A stretch of DNA of 62,613 nucleotides, counting the filler. It is 5 parts of 5 records of this genome, joined end to end, with 100 filler letters (N's around TTAATTAATTAA, not from the genome) between each part and the next. Parts side by side here need not be neighbours in the genome. Positions count along the whole stretch, not along the records: positions 1 to 22,406 come from SRR31156797_5823; positions 22,507 to 40,029 come from SRR31156797_5829; 3 more parts are not named here. One strand, written 5' to 3'. Under the pieces are notes generated by a model. It made no database searches, was not told the DNA's origin, and saw only the letters and a program-made list of their open reading frames with translations. Position 1 is the stretch's first letter. Each line of letters starts with the position of its first letter. A program made the position numbers and the translations under genes. Positions 20,007 to 30,726 of the stretch are shown piece by piece.

Positions 20007-20834
20007 TTACCTGAAATATTCCACCGCATTGCGAAAGATGGCGATCCCGCCCCCTTCTTCCTGCTCGATGTTTTCCCCACGGCGGGCAAGCATCAGCTTT
20101 CGTCTGGTCCAGTCCGGATGATTGGTGAAATGGTTGAAAGCCTCCGGATGGGGCATGAGCCCGAAAATGCGGCCGGTTGAATCGCATATGCCGGCAATGT
20201 CCGATAAGGATCCGTTGGGATTTAAGGGCCAGTGACCATGGGCCGCATCGCCGTTTTCATCGGCGTATTGCAGCACAACCTGGTTCTTTTGAAAAAGCCT
20301 GTGAATGGTATCCCCGGAGGCGAAAAATTTCCCCTCCCCATGCCGGACCGGGAATTCAGCGCGGGTAAGCCCTCTGGTAAAGACATTGGGTGATTGCGGG
20401 TTGACTTTCAGGTTTACCCACGCATCGATGAAGTTCCCCGAGTCATTATGGGTTAGGGCCACCTGTCGATTCTGGTATCGGCCGTCAAAACCCGGCAATA
20501 ACCCCAGGTTGACCAGCGCCTGAAACCCATTGCATATTCCCAGGACCAGATTTCCCGCATCCACGAAAGCTTTGAGCGCCTCACCCAGATGTCGCTTCAT
20601 TTTCGAGGCCATGAGTACACCTGCGCCGTGATCATCGGCCCAACTGAAACCACCCCCAAAGACCAGAATCCGATAGTCTTCAAGGGCCTTTGTGGAAGGG
20701 TTTTGTGCGTTGCTGATCAATTGATTGATGTGCATCCTGTGGGAATCGGCGCCGGCCAGGTGCAACGAAAAATCGGTTTCGTTATCGCAATTGAGCCCAT
20801 AGCCGGTGAGGACCATTGCTTTTACCTTTTTCAT
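20007..20834 (-). CDS. purQ: Phosphoribosylformylglycinamidine synthase glutaminase subunit
   Basis: GGFS..D, LGICNGFQ, HGEG, NPNGS, GLMPHPE; start at ATG 20834 overlapping purL stop. Confidence 0.93.
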   Translation of the reverse strand: MKKVKAMVLTGYGLNCDNETDFSLHLAGADSHRMHINQLISNAQNPSTKALEDYRILVFGGGFSWADDHGAGVLMASKMKRHLGEALKAFVDAGNLVLGICNGFQALVNLGLLPGFDGRYQNRQVALTHNDSGNFIDAWVNLKVNPQSPNVFTRGLTRAEFPVRHGEGKFFASGDTIHRLFQKNQVVLQYADENGDAAHGHWPLNPNGSLSDIAGICDSTGRIFGLMPHPEAFNHFTNHPDWTRRKLMLARRGENIEQEEGGGIAIFRNAVEYFR

Positions 20835-22406
20835 ATGAGATCTCCAAAAGGCTTTTTCCATGAATCCTTTAGACGGTGGATGTTTTCCTTGAAAATGGTG
20901 TCACCCCTTTCTCCGGTGATGACAAAATCAGGTGACTCGGTTACAACGCCGACCTTTTTAAGCTTCATTCCGGAGAAGCACTTTTCAAAGGGTGCCTCGT
21001 GTTCCGGTGCAACCGTTATGACGAACCTGCCGCATGATTCGGAGTAAAGTTTTTGGGTGTTTGAAAGGTCCGGTGCAGAGGGGATTAAAGGGAGCTGAAG
21101 GGTTATCCCCAACGCGCCGCCCATGGCGGTAAGCGCCAGATGCACGGCCAGACCGCCTCTCGTGACCGCGTGACAGGATGAAACCAGTCCGCCTTCCATG
21201 GCTTGGTGAAGGGCCATGTATTGGGGAAGGAATTCTTCCGGATAAACCCTGGGGACATTAAGCCCCACCTGTTCCATTATCTGGTAATATTCGCCGCCCC
21301 CCAATTCATTTCGCGTTTCTCCCAGAACATAGACCAGATCCCCCGGAAATTTCACGTCCATGGTAACGCAATGGGTGACATCCTTTACAACGCTTGAAAC
21401 CGTGAAAAGCAGCGTGGGCAATCCCGATACCTTGCGCCGTTCCCCAAAAGGGCCTTTAAGATTCCCGTCAATATACATGCTGTCTTTCCCCGAAAGGAGG
21501 GGAATATCATATTGAAGGCATGTATCCCGCAGAGCCCCATTGGACCGGACCAGTTGGGCGGCTTTGTACTTGCCGTCCGGATTTTGAATGGGATCATATT
21601 CAATGGTGGGCCAGCAGAAATTGTCCACGCCGGCCAGATGCTCCGGATCACCCCCCACCGCCAGAACTTTTCTGACCGCTTCATCCATGGTCGCCGTTGT
21701 CATGTGGTAGGTATCGATTTTGGAGTAGGCGGGATTGACGGCTTGCGATACGGCAATCCCTTTAAGCGATTTGAGCACCGGCCGGATCACCGCCGCATCC
21801 GATGGTGTATCACGCTCTTTCCCAACCAGGGGCTTGATGACGCTGGTTCCCTGGACTTCATGGTCATATTGCCTGGCAATCCAGTTGCGGGAGGCGATAT
21901 TGGGTCTTTGAAGCATGGCATGAAGAAGCGTGCCATGACGTGCGGGCTCCGTGATGACCGGTTCCGTTAAACCGCGCATTCTAGGCGGAATCCATTCCGC
22001 GTCAAATTCCCACTGGGGAAAATCCGACTCCAGCAGATCCATTCGAATGTAGGCACAGGTTTTTTCATGGTATTTCAGGTGTAGAAAACCGGAGTCCGTG
22101 TATTCCCCGATGACGGTGCTTAAAACCGCATGCTTCCGGGAGAGGGCCATGAAACGGTCCAGATGTTCCGGTTTAACCGCTATGGTCATCCGTTCCTGGG
22201 ATTCGGATATCCATATTTCCCACTGGTTCAAGCCTTCATATTTCAACGGCACCCTGTCCAGATGCACAATACAGCCGTTGCTGAAGCGGGCAGACTCGCC
22301 TATGGAAGAAGAAAGCCCCCCGCCCCCATTGTCGGTGATAAAGTGAATCAACCCTTCATCCCGGATTTCAAGGAGAAAGTCGTGCATTTTTTTCTGGGTA
22401 TAGGGA
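20831..22406 (-). CDS. purL: Phosphoribosylformylglycinamidine synthase PurL (5'-truncated at contig edge)
   Basis: ITDNGGGGL, SESQERM, QYDHEVQ, DNFCWP, SGKDS, SES.GRF. Confidence 0.93.
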
Positions 22407-22506
22407 NNNNNNNNNNNNNNNNNNNNNNNNNNNNNNNNNNNNNNNNNNNNTTAATTAATTAANNNNNNNNNNNNNNNNNNNNNNNNNNNNNNNNNNNNNN
22501 NNNNNN
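22407..22506. other. Artificial contig spacer
   Basis: N44-TTAATTAATTAA-N44 (stops in all six frames); abrupt GC shift across it. Confidence 0.99.
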
Positions 22507-22584
22507 AAAATTACGACTTCCGGAGGCTAGTGATTCGAAAATAAATAGATTTAAATTAGGTTGGTTGAATCAAATTATGCTTTT

Positions 22585-22953
22585 TTAATTTAATGCTTTT
22601 TCAATTTCTAATCCGATCTCAATTATATTGAATGGCTTTTTAAAATAATTTAAAATAACACCTCTATCAATTGCGTGTTGAATTTCTTGCGTAATGTCAT
22701 AACCGGACAGGATAAAATATTTTATATCAGGGTATTGTTCTTTTGCTTTGTAAATAAACTCTACGCCACTAATAAACGGCATTCGCATATCACTTACTAC
22801 TACCTTTATATCTTTGTATTCGCCAAGGATTTCAAATGCTTGACCTCCTGTTTTTGCAGTAATGATATCGTATTGGGAGCCTAAGTTTATCTTAAAAATA
22901 CTAAGGTTGATTTGCTCATCGTCTACGTATAATATTTTAGTTTTAGTAGCCAT
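22585..22953 (-). CDS. Single-domain response regulator (REC)
   Basis: ILYVDDE, VSDMRMP, LSGY, KP. Confidence 0.92.
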   Translation of the reverse strand: MATKTKILYVDDEQINLSIFKINLGSQYDIITAKTGGQAFEILGEYKDIKVVVSDMRMPFISGVEFIYKAKEQYPDIKYFILSGYDITQEIQHAIDRGVILNYFKKPFNIIEIGLEIEKALN

Positions 22954-23029
22954 AATTCTCAGTTTGGTTGAATTAGTCTACTAAATTTAATAAATGTAGA
23001 TGAAAAGGTAAATAGTATTGAATTAAATA

Positions 23030-26000
23030 TTATACCGGAAGTGTAATTGTTGCAACTGTACCTTTATTAGGTTCTGATTCAAACTCGATTTTACCAAAGT
23101 GTTCTTGAATTATTTTATATGTTATAGATAAACCAAGTCCAGAACCCTTTCCTGGTTCTTTGGTTGTGAAAAAAGGATCTGTAATTTTGTTTAAATGACC
23201 TTTTTCTATTCCTGATCCGGTATCTTCAATTCTAACAATCAGATTGTTTTCATTGCTTGTGGTTGTGATAGTTATTGCACCAGTATTATCAATAGCCTGA
23301 CAAGAGTTAGTAATTATATTAATAAATACCTGATGCATTTTACCAACATTACCTTTAATTTTAAAACAAGAAGCACTGTAATTTTTAATTATTTCAATTC
23401 TATTTTTGGCTAAGTGCTTAATCATAAGTATACTATTATCTAAAATAGCATGAACATCACATTCTTCATCAAAAGTTTCTTTAGTTCTACTAAATTGGTT
23501 TAAGCCAGAAACAATATCAGCAGCTCTGTCAACTCCTGTTTTGATGCTATCTAGAAGTACGTCAACGTCTTCATTAACTATTCCCAATTCTTTAATGTAT
23601 GATTCTAGGCCAGTATAGCCACCTAGAATATAGTTCAAGGGATTGTTTATCTCGTGTGCTACACCAGCAGTTAATATACCTAATGAGGCCATTTTTTCTT
23701 GCTGAACAAGAGAAGACTGTGCTTCCTTTAATTTATCGATAGTGTTTTGAAGTTCCTTTCTGTGTTTGTCAAGAACTTCATTCTTATTTAGAATTTCACT
23801 TTGTTTGTTTTTTAATTCTACTTTTTGGTTTTCTAAAATATGAATGGCATCATGTAGCTCGCTTGTTCTTAACTTTACCAGTTTATTAAGTTTAATTTTT
23901 TGTTTGGTTAAATTCCTTGTGTATAATTTAATCACTAACCAAATTGTCCAAATTGAAAGTAACAAATAAATTAAATAAGCTAAACTAGTTTCATACCATC
24001 CTGGTTTTATAGCAAAACGGAATTCTGCAACAGATCCAATTGTTCCATATGCATTCTTAGATCGGACTTTAAAAGTATATTTACCTTTGGGGATATTTAT
24101 AAATGATGCAAAATTAACCTTTGACCATTGACTCCATTCTTCAGAAAGTTCTTCTATTTTGTATTGATAGCTAGTTTGTTCAGGTGCTTCCTGAAAACTA
24201 GAAATAAAATAGAATTTTAATGCATCATTAGTATGATCTAATTGAGGAATGAAATAATCAGGCTGTTTTAAACCAAATATTTCAGGAGAATCTTTGGGAT
24301 AGTTTCCTTTAAAAATTACAGAATCATTAATAGTAACCACTTTTCTGATTAATGTATGATGGGGTCTGGCACTATTATTATTCTGATACAAATCGTAGAT
24401 ACTGAATGATTTTACTTTGCCTAACTTTAAATAGCGACCATCTTCAATAGAAATACAATTGGCTTCTTTTGTTAATCTCTGGTAAGGTTTATATATAAAA
24501 CTGCTAGTTTCATTGTTGTTAGTTAATATTCCTGATACTTTGCCATAAATAAAATATTGATTTTTATTAAGAGGCAAAATATCCTTTACAGCAAGAGAAT
24601 CTGATGTATAATATTTATCCCAGAAGTTGTCGTGTATAAATTCAATTTGTGAATTAGAAGTTAGATTTTTAGCATCATTTAATTTATAAATGCCTTTGTT
24701 TGTTAATACATTAATGTTACCATCAATTGATTTAACTTTACAATTATATATCTCTCTGGGTAAACCATTTTTTTCACCTAAATGAAAAATTTCATAACCA
24801 TTTAAGTTTTGGTCATTAAAACGAATATAGTATACACCTTCGTTATAACTGGCGGCCCATAAATTACCTTGTTTATCAATTGCTAAAGATCTTATCTGGC
24901 TAATATCCTTTTCAATTCTTATCTGATTTTTAATTTTTATTTTTTTACCAGAATTTATTTCAATTTCACCAATATTTATCGCGTGATTTTCGCCCCAAAA
25001 AAAATGATTAGGGTAATGAAATTCATCATATAAACCACAAAAAACACGGTTAGTTCTTACAATTGTTTCTGCTTTTGTTTCGAAAATTTCTGAAATGCCA
25101 TAGAAGTGACACGCTATTAAATGATCCTTAATTAGCAATAATTCATTGCAATCGACTAATCCATCGATGGATTTAATGTAGTGGTTATCTTGATTTGTTT
25201 GTGGGATATAGCAGTCGTAATAGTCCAAACCATAATTGGTTCCAATGTATTGGATATTGTTGTGTTTAAAGGTGCAAAAAATATCGTCGTTTATACCTTG
25301 CTGCGGAAGGTACTCTACATAAGGATAATTGTATTCTATTTTAGAAAGGCCTTCTTTTGTTGTTATCCAGAGGTTTTGTTCTTTATCTTCATATATAGTG
25401 TACACACAATCAGATATTAAACCTCTTTTTTTATTAATGATTTGAACAAGCCTACCTTTTTTATTTATAATGATAATACCTCCTCTAACAGTTGCAATAG
25501 CAATTAAATCATTACTAATGTTTATTGCATTAAAACCATGATTTGCTTCGAGATATTGGCTTACGAATTTTTCAACTTTAAAAGTACTTAGCTTTTGTGT
25601 TAATGTATTGTATTCATAAAAATAATCCTGGGTATGATATATTAGAAGTTTATTGTTGTTTAAAGAGTTAATAAAGAAAAATGCTCTTTTTTCCTGATTG
25701 AATTTTTCACATCCTACGAGTGGTATAAGCTTGCTGTTATCTATATAACAAAGTCCTTTATTTATATCTTTAACGTAAACTTTATCATCTACTAAAAAAG
25801 CATATTTTGCTTGTAAGGTTACTTTAATAACATCTATTTTTTGTGTGTCCCAAATTAGGATATGGTATTTGCCTACAAAATATATCTTATCATTTGCGGG
25901 AATAACCTTCCAAATACTTTGAAAACTTTTGGTACTATCTGGTATGTATTTTATTAATGACTTGTACTTCGTATTTCCAATAGAGTCAACCTCTAAATAA

Positions 26001-26332
26001 CCTATTTCATTGTTGGCTCCAACGTAAATCTTGCCATTTTTATCGGTTGCCATAGACCGAACAACTGATTTGTTAGGAATGCTAACTTTTCTCCAATTAA
26101 GACCATCAAATTCTAATATTCCAACCTGATCACCAAAGTACATTATTCCTCTGGAATCTTGTATGGCACTCCAAACCTGATAAGTAGACTGATATTCTTC
26201 GGGTGGATAGTTATGTATGATTGGACAACCTGGGAATTGAGAACCTAATTGAGCAGATAAAGATAAGGATACAACAAAGCATGCAAAAATATGTATTGTA
26301 ATTCCTTTTAAATAAAACTTCATCCTTCCCAT
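23030..26332 (-). CDS. Membrane sensor histidine kinase with beta-propeller and Y_Y_Y periplasmic region
   Basis: Reg_prop-like repeats, Y_Y_Y (YQYK..G.YTFKVRS), TM helix, EKMASLG..AGVAHEINNPL, N/G1/F/G2 boxes; start uncertain (26323-26350). Confidence 0.9.
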   Translation of the reverse strand: MGRMKFYLKGITIHIFACFVVSLSLSAQLGSQFPGCPIIHNYPPEEYQSTYQVWSAIQDSRGIMYFGDQVGILEFDGLNWRKVSIPNKSVVRSMATDKNGKIYVGANNEIGYLEVDSIGNTKYKSLIKYIPDSTKSFQSIWKVIPANDKIYFVGKYHILIWDTQKIDVIKVTLQAKYAFLVDDKVYVKDINKGLCYIDNSKLIPLVGCEKFNQEKRAFFFINSLNNNKLLIYHTQDYFYEYNTLTQKLSTFKVEKFVSQYLEANHGFNAINISNDLIAIATVRGGIIIINKKGRLVQIINKKRGLISDCVYTIYEDKEQNLWITTKEGLSKIEYNYPYVEYLPQQGINDDIFCTFKHNNIQYIGTNYGLDYYDCYIPQTNQDNHYIKSIDGLVDCNELLLIKDHLIACHFYGISEIFETKAETIVRTNRVFCGLYDEFHYPNHFFWGENHAINIGEIEINSGKKIKIKNQIRIEKDISQIRSLAIDKQGNLWAASYNEGVYYIRFNDQNLNGYEIFHLGEKNGLPREIYNCKVKSIDGNINVLTNKGIYKLNDAKNLTSNSQIEFIHDNFWDKYYTSDSLAVKDILPLNKNQYFIYGKVSGILTNNNETSSFIYKPYQRLTKEANCISIEDGRYLKLGKVKSFSIYDLYQNNNSARPHHTLIRKVVTINDSVIFKGNYPKDSPEIFGLKQPDYFIPQLDHTNDALKFYFISSFQEAPEQTSYQYKIEELSEEWSQWSKVNFASFINIPKGKYTFKVRSKNAYGTIGSVAEFRFAIKPGWYETSLAYLIYLLLSIWTIWLVIKLYTRNLTKQKIKLNKLVKLRTSELHDAIHILENQKVELKNKQSEILNKNEVLDKHRKELQNTIDKLKEAQSSLVQQEKMASLGILTAGVAHEINNPLNYILGGYTGLESYIKELGIVNEDVDVLLDSIKTGVDRAADIVSGLNQFSRTKETFDEECDVHAILDNSILMIKHLAKNRIEIIKNYSASCFKIKGNVGKMHQVFINIITNSCQAIDNTGAITITTTSNENNLIVRIEDTGSGIEKGHLNKITDPFFTTKEPGKGSGLGLSITYKIIQEHFGKIEFESEPNKGTVATITLPV

Positions 26333-26412
26333 GGTTAAAAGAGCTTTCAATATTAAGCTTTTTTATTTAAATATTCGAATAACATTAAGGTTATATATGC
26401 ATATTATTAAAT

Positions 26413-27384
26413 CTATTGCGCTATTACTTGTTCCAGTACCCAGTTTGTTCTTGCAGCACTTATTCCATCACTAACGCATGTTGTTTTATTTAAAATAGCT
26501 TCATTCACACTTTTTATAAGGTTATATTGAATATTTTCAGGGTTCAAATAAGGAAATTCCACAGTTCCTTCTTTGGTAATTAATTTGATTGGCTCATGAT
26601 TAAATCCACTAAATAGAATACTTCCATCGGTTCCTATAATTTCCATTGTATCTTCATCTGCTTTTTCATGAGTTACAAAGCTCCATAGTCCAGACCCAAT
26701 AATTCCACTTTTAAACTTAAAATTAGCCGTAACTGTATCTTCCACCTTATACCAACTATTATTGTTAGAATAAAAACCTGTAGCCTTTTCTATCGGACCA
26801 AATATAAAATCCAGAAAATCGAACTGATGCGAAGCTAAATCATAAAAAATGCCACCTCCTGCCATTTGTTTATCAACTCTCCACGAACTATTCATTTCTG
26901 CTTGGTTTGCAGGACGTGTAAGTCTAATGTTTACTGCCAGTACTTTTCCAATTATTTTATTATCTAATAATTCTTTAACCTTTAAATATCCAGGAAGTGT
27001 TCTTCTATAATAAGCAACAAATAAAGGAACTCCCAAATCCTGAGAAACTTTATTCATTTTTAAGCATTCTTCATAGGTCGTTGCCATAGGTTTTTCTACA
27101 TACACAGGTTTTCCGGCTTTCATAGCTTCAATAGCGTAACTGGCATGTGACGAAGGTGGTGTTGCAATATAAATAGCATCTACCTGTTCGGAGTTAATTA
27201 ATTCAGTTGCATTATCAAAATAATGGGGAACATTATGTCTCTGGGCATAGTCTTTTGCTTTATCATAATTCCTTCTGGTTACGGCACTTAGTTTAGAATG
27301 GCTTACTTTATTAAAGGCCGGTCCACTTTTTACTTCTGTAACATCACCACAGCCAATTATTCCCCACTTAATAATATTTGTCAT
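26413..27384 (-). CDS. Gfo/Idh/MocA family oxidoreductase
   Basis: WGIIGCG, YIATP, VEKP, VAYYRR, DLASH; start moved to MTNIIKW. Confidence 0.92.
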   Translation of the reverse strand: MTNIIKWGIIGCGDVTEVKSGPAFNKVSHSKLSAVTRRNYDKAKDYAQRHNVPHYFDNATELINSEQVDAIYIATPPSSHASYAIEAMKAGKPVYVEKPMATTYEECLKMNKVSQDLGVPLFVAYYRRTLPGYLKVKELLDNKIIGKVLAVNIRLTRPANQAEMNSSWRVDKQMAGGGIFYDLASHQFDFLDFIFGPIEKATGFYSNNNSWYKVEDTVTANFKFKSGIIGSGLWSFVTHEKADEDTMEIIGTDGSILFSGFNHEPIKLITKEGTVEFPYLNPENIQYNLIKSVNEAILNKTTCVSDGISAARTNWVLEQVIAQ

Positions 27385-27453
27385 TTTTAATGCTTTTATA
27401 ATATATCTAAATGTTATATTTTTGATCGCAGTCGAAATCAAATATATTAAATT

Positions 27454-28464
27454 TTGGAGCAGAATTTTGATGGAAATAGAAATATAATTAGCGAAGATTG
27501 CTTTTATGATATTATAGGAGACGTTCATGGATATGCCGACGAGCTGGAAGAGTTGCTGTTGAAATTGGGATATACCAAAATGTACGGTATTTGGCGTCAT
27601 GCACATCGAAAAGTTGTTTTTACAGGAGATTTCATAAACAGAGGGCCTAATTCCCGTAGAGTACTTGAAATAGTCAGAGGTATGGTAGGCTATGGTTTTG
27701 CTCATGCTGTTTTAGGTAATCATGAGTTAAATGCCGTTTATCATTTTACAAAGAATGGTCAAGGAAAGCCTATCAAGAAATTATCAGATTCATCGAAAAA
27801 ATTAGTGGAGAAGGTAAAAAGAGAATTCGATGGAGACAATCAGAGCTTTAAAGGATATATTAAATGGTTAAGAACGTTACCATTTCACCTGGATTTTGGT
27901 AAGTTTAGAGTGGTGCATGCATATTGGAATGATGATTTCGCTGAGCTTATTGAAGGTTTTAGAGAAGGAGGTAAATTAAAAAAAGCTACGCTAAGCTATA
28001 TGGTTGACCCAAATCATCCACTAGGGGATGCTGTTATAAAAACTACAAAAGGAATTGAATTTAAATTACCTGATGATTTAATAATTAAAGACTCTAACAA
28101 TAATAGAAGAAGCAATTTTAGAATTAAATGGTGGGAAAATCCGGAACAAAAAACATTTTTCGAATTAAGTTACGGGAATAAGTTTCGGTTGCCGGATTAT
28201 ACTATTCCAAAACAGTTATTGTTTCCATTTGAAGGATATAATGAATCAATGCCTCCTGTTTTTATAGGCCACTATTGTATGGACAAAGATAATATGGTTC
28301 CTCAAAAAAATATTTGTTGTGTTGATTCTTGTGCAGCGAGTGGAGGAGTACTGTCAGCCTATCGTTGGAATGGAGAACAAGAAATAGATATTGCCAACCT
28401 TGTTTTCGTGAATTCAAATAAGAGTTTTATTCAGCGTCTTTTTTATCCAAATCAATCATCCTAA
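27454..28464 (+). CDS. Metallophosphoesterase (PPP/ApaH-like)
   Basis: IGDVHG, GDFINRG, LGNHE, VHA, GHY; the usual GDxxDRG Asp is Asn here. Confidence 0.85.
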   Translation: MEQNFDGNRNIISEDCFYDIIGDVHGYADELEELLLKLGYTKMYGIWRHAHRKVVFTGDFINRGPNSRRVLEIVRGMVGYGFAHAVLGNHELNAVYHFTKNGQGKPIKKLSDSSKKLVEKVKREFDGDNQSFKGYIKWLRTLPFHLDFGKFRVVHAYWNDDFAELIEGFREGGKLKKATLSYMVDPNHPLGDAVIKTTKGIEFKLPDDLIIKDSNNNRRSNFRIKWWENPEQKTFFELSYGNKFRLPDYTIPKQLLFPFEGYNESMPPVFIGHYCMDKDNMVPQKNICCVDSCAASGGVLSAYRWNGEQEIDIANLVFVNSNKSFIQRLFYPNQSS

Positions 28465-28626
28465 CACATAAGCTGTAAAGTACATTTAGTAGCCCACTTA
28501 ATTAATCTTGTTATATTTGTTTGGTCTATTTTTAATGCAAAAACAGCACGTTTTTTGTGGAGAAATTTATACTTCTAGGGGATTAATTGTTTAAAAAGGG
28601 CTTGAATGCTTATTAAGTAGTAATAA

Positions 28627-30726
28627 ATGAAGAAAAAGATCATATGTTTATATGTCCTGATTTTATTTGGATGTATACCTGCAATAAAAGCTCAGATTAA
28701 CACAGATATGGTTTTAAATATTGGTCGGAAGTCGTTAATGTCTGAAGAATATGTGGTAGCCATATCATATTTTAATAAAATTATTCGCGTTAAGCCATAT
28801 TTACCATGGCCATACTACTTTAGAGCACATGCTAAATTTCAATTAGATGATTTAAAAGGCGCTGAGGAAGATATGAATAAGGCGATCGATATTAATCCGT
28901 TTCATTATAATTTTTATTGGTTTAGAGGTGATGTTAGAAGAGAATATGGTAAACTAACAGAGGCCATTGAAGATTATAATAAAGGTCTGGAATTAATGCC
29001 GGAATCTTCGAGTTTATACTTTAATAGGGGGCTTGCTAATATGAGTCTTAAGAACTTTGAAAAAAGTGCAGAAGATTTTACAGCTGTTATTCAATTAGAT
29101 GATTCTCAATATGGGGCATATATCAACCGGGGCCTCAGTAAAATTAACATGAACGATACGATTGGCGCTATTAAAGATATGGACGAAGCTATTCAGATCA
29201 ACCCTTTGGTTTCGAATGTATATCAATTTAGTGCTTATTTATATTATGATTTAAATAAGTTTGATACGGCTTTGGTTAGGATAAATGAAGCCATTCGATT
29301 GGAACATGATGATGTGATGAATTATGGACTTCGATCAGCGATTCGATATCAATTGGATGACTTAAAAGGCACTATGGAGGATTATGAAAAAATCATAGAA
29401 CTTCAGCCAAAAAATCCTATTACATATTATAACAGAGGTGTGTTGCGGGTTGAAATCGGAGATATTAATAATGCGATAGATGATTTTAGCCGTGTGTTGG
29501 CACTGAACCCTAATGATATGTTAAGTTTATTTAATAGATCGTTGTTGTATGTCGAAGTCGGTCAATATAGAGAAGCTCTTTCTGATTTAAATCTGATTAT
29601 TGCTACTTATCCGGATTTTGCGCATGCTTATGTGGCAAGGGCACAAGCATATGCTGCTTTAGGTAGGACAGAAGATGAAAGTAAGGATTATGCAATGGCC
29701 TATAAACTCGAACAGGATAAAAGAAAGAAGTCGGAGAAAAAAGAGAATAGCTCCACTAAACCTAAAGAGACCAGAAAGCAATCGGATGATGATATCAATA
29801 ATTATAATAAAATAGTGGTTCTGGATGATTTCGGCATTAACGAAACCGAAGTAGAGGATATTGATGATTTAAAAGGAAAGGTTCAGAATAGAAATATAAT
29901 TATCGATTTAGAGTCGGTGTATGGATTGACGTATTTCTCTGTTGATTCAATGATGAACAGAACAAGGTATTTTAAACGTGAGGTAACACAGTTTAATCAA
30001 CGTAAAACATTTGGAAGACCGTTGGTAATCTCAAACAGAGAAGCGCAAATAGATGATGAAAAATCGTTGGAGTATTTTAAAACCATCGAGGAATTAAATG
30101 AAAAGTTAGAGGCTGATCCGACAAATCAGGAGCAGCGCTTTGTTAGAGCAATTTTATATGGAGTTGTTTTAAATTATACCAGTGCGATTGCTGATTACGA
30201 TTACCTGATAAAGAATAATAGTAAGCTGGGCTTATTTCCATATTTAAACAGGGCTTATATTCGTTATAAAATGGTGGAATTAATGCAGTCATTTAATAAT
30301 GAAAGTTTAGATGTAAATATTTCATCGTCCGGGTTCAATCAAAACAATACACAAAAAGAGAAAGATAATAGTGTGGTTCAGAAAATGCTGGATTATGAAT
30401 TAATTGAGCGCGATTTGTTAAAAGTGTTGGAGTTTGATCCAAATTATGAATTTGCTTATTATAATCTGGCAATCATTCAATGTATCCGAAAAGATTATGA
30501 ATTGGCAATTGAAAACTTTACTAAAGCCATTGAAATTAATCCATTTTTTGCAGAGGCCTATTTTAACAGAGGTTTAACCAGATTGTATTTAAAAGAAGAT
30601 GAGGCCGGTACGCTTGATTTAAGTAAAGCCGGAGAACTGGGATTGTACAAAGCATACAATATCATGAAGCGTTATGGCATACAAAAGATAGAGTTGGAAG
30701 AAGAAAATAATGAGGCGGAGGAATAA
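28627..30726 (+). CDS. Exported tetratricopeptide repeat protein
   Basis: Signal peptide; many TPRs (YFNRG..AIEDY..AI.LNP). Confidence 0.9.
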   Translation: MKKKIICLYVLILFGCIPAIKAQINTDMVLNIGRKSLMSEEYVVAISYFNKIIRVKPYLPWPYYFRAHAKFQLDDLKGAEEDMNKAIDINPFHYNFYWFRGDVRREYGKLTEAIEDYNKGLELMPESSSLYFNRGLANMSLKNFEKSAEDFTAVIQLDDSQYGAYINRGLSKINMNDTIGAIKDMDEAIQINPLVSNVYQFSAYLYYDLNKFDTALVRINEAIRLEHDDVMNYGLRSAIRYQLDDLKGTMEDYEKIIELQPKNPITYYNRGVLRVEIGDINNAIDDFSRVLALNPNDMLSLFNRSLLYVEVGQYREALSDLNLIIATYPDFAHAYVARAQAYAALGRTEDESKDYAMAYKLEQDKRKKSEKKENSSTKPKETRKQSDDDINNYNKIVVLDDFGINETEVEDIDDLKGKVQNRNIIIDLESVYGLTYFSVDSMMNRTRYFKREVTQFNQRKTFGRPLVISNREAQIDDEKSLEYFKTIEELNEKLEADPTNQEQRFVRAILYGVVLNYTSAIADYDYLIKNNSKLGLFPYLNRAYIRYKMVELMQSFNNESLDVNISSSGFNQNNTQKEKDNSVVQKMLDYELIERDLLKVLEFDPNYEFAYYNLAIIQCIRKDYELAIENFTKAIEINPFFAEAYFNRGLTRLYLKEDEAGTLDLSKAGELGLYKAYNIMKRYGIQKIELEEENNEAEE

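Noticed and set aside
22451-22462. TTAATTAATTAA palindrome recurring four times
   Set aside because: Synthetic six-frame-stop linker inside N spacers
22559-22972. TTGGTTGAAT repeated on both sides of the response regulator as a target-site duplication
   Set aside because: Only 10 bp in AT-rich DNA, no mobile-element gene, and it resembles ordinary Bacteroidota leader sequence on the minus strand
27385-27705. N-terminal extension of the Gfo/Idh/MocA ORF
   Set aside because: Overlaps the divergent phosphoesterase; the Rossmann motif begins right after Met at 27384
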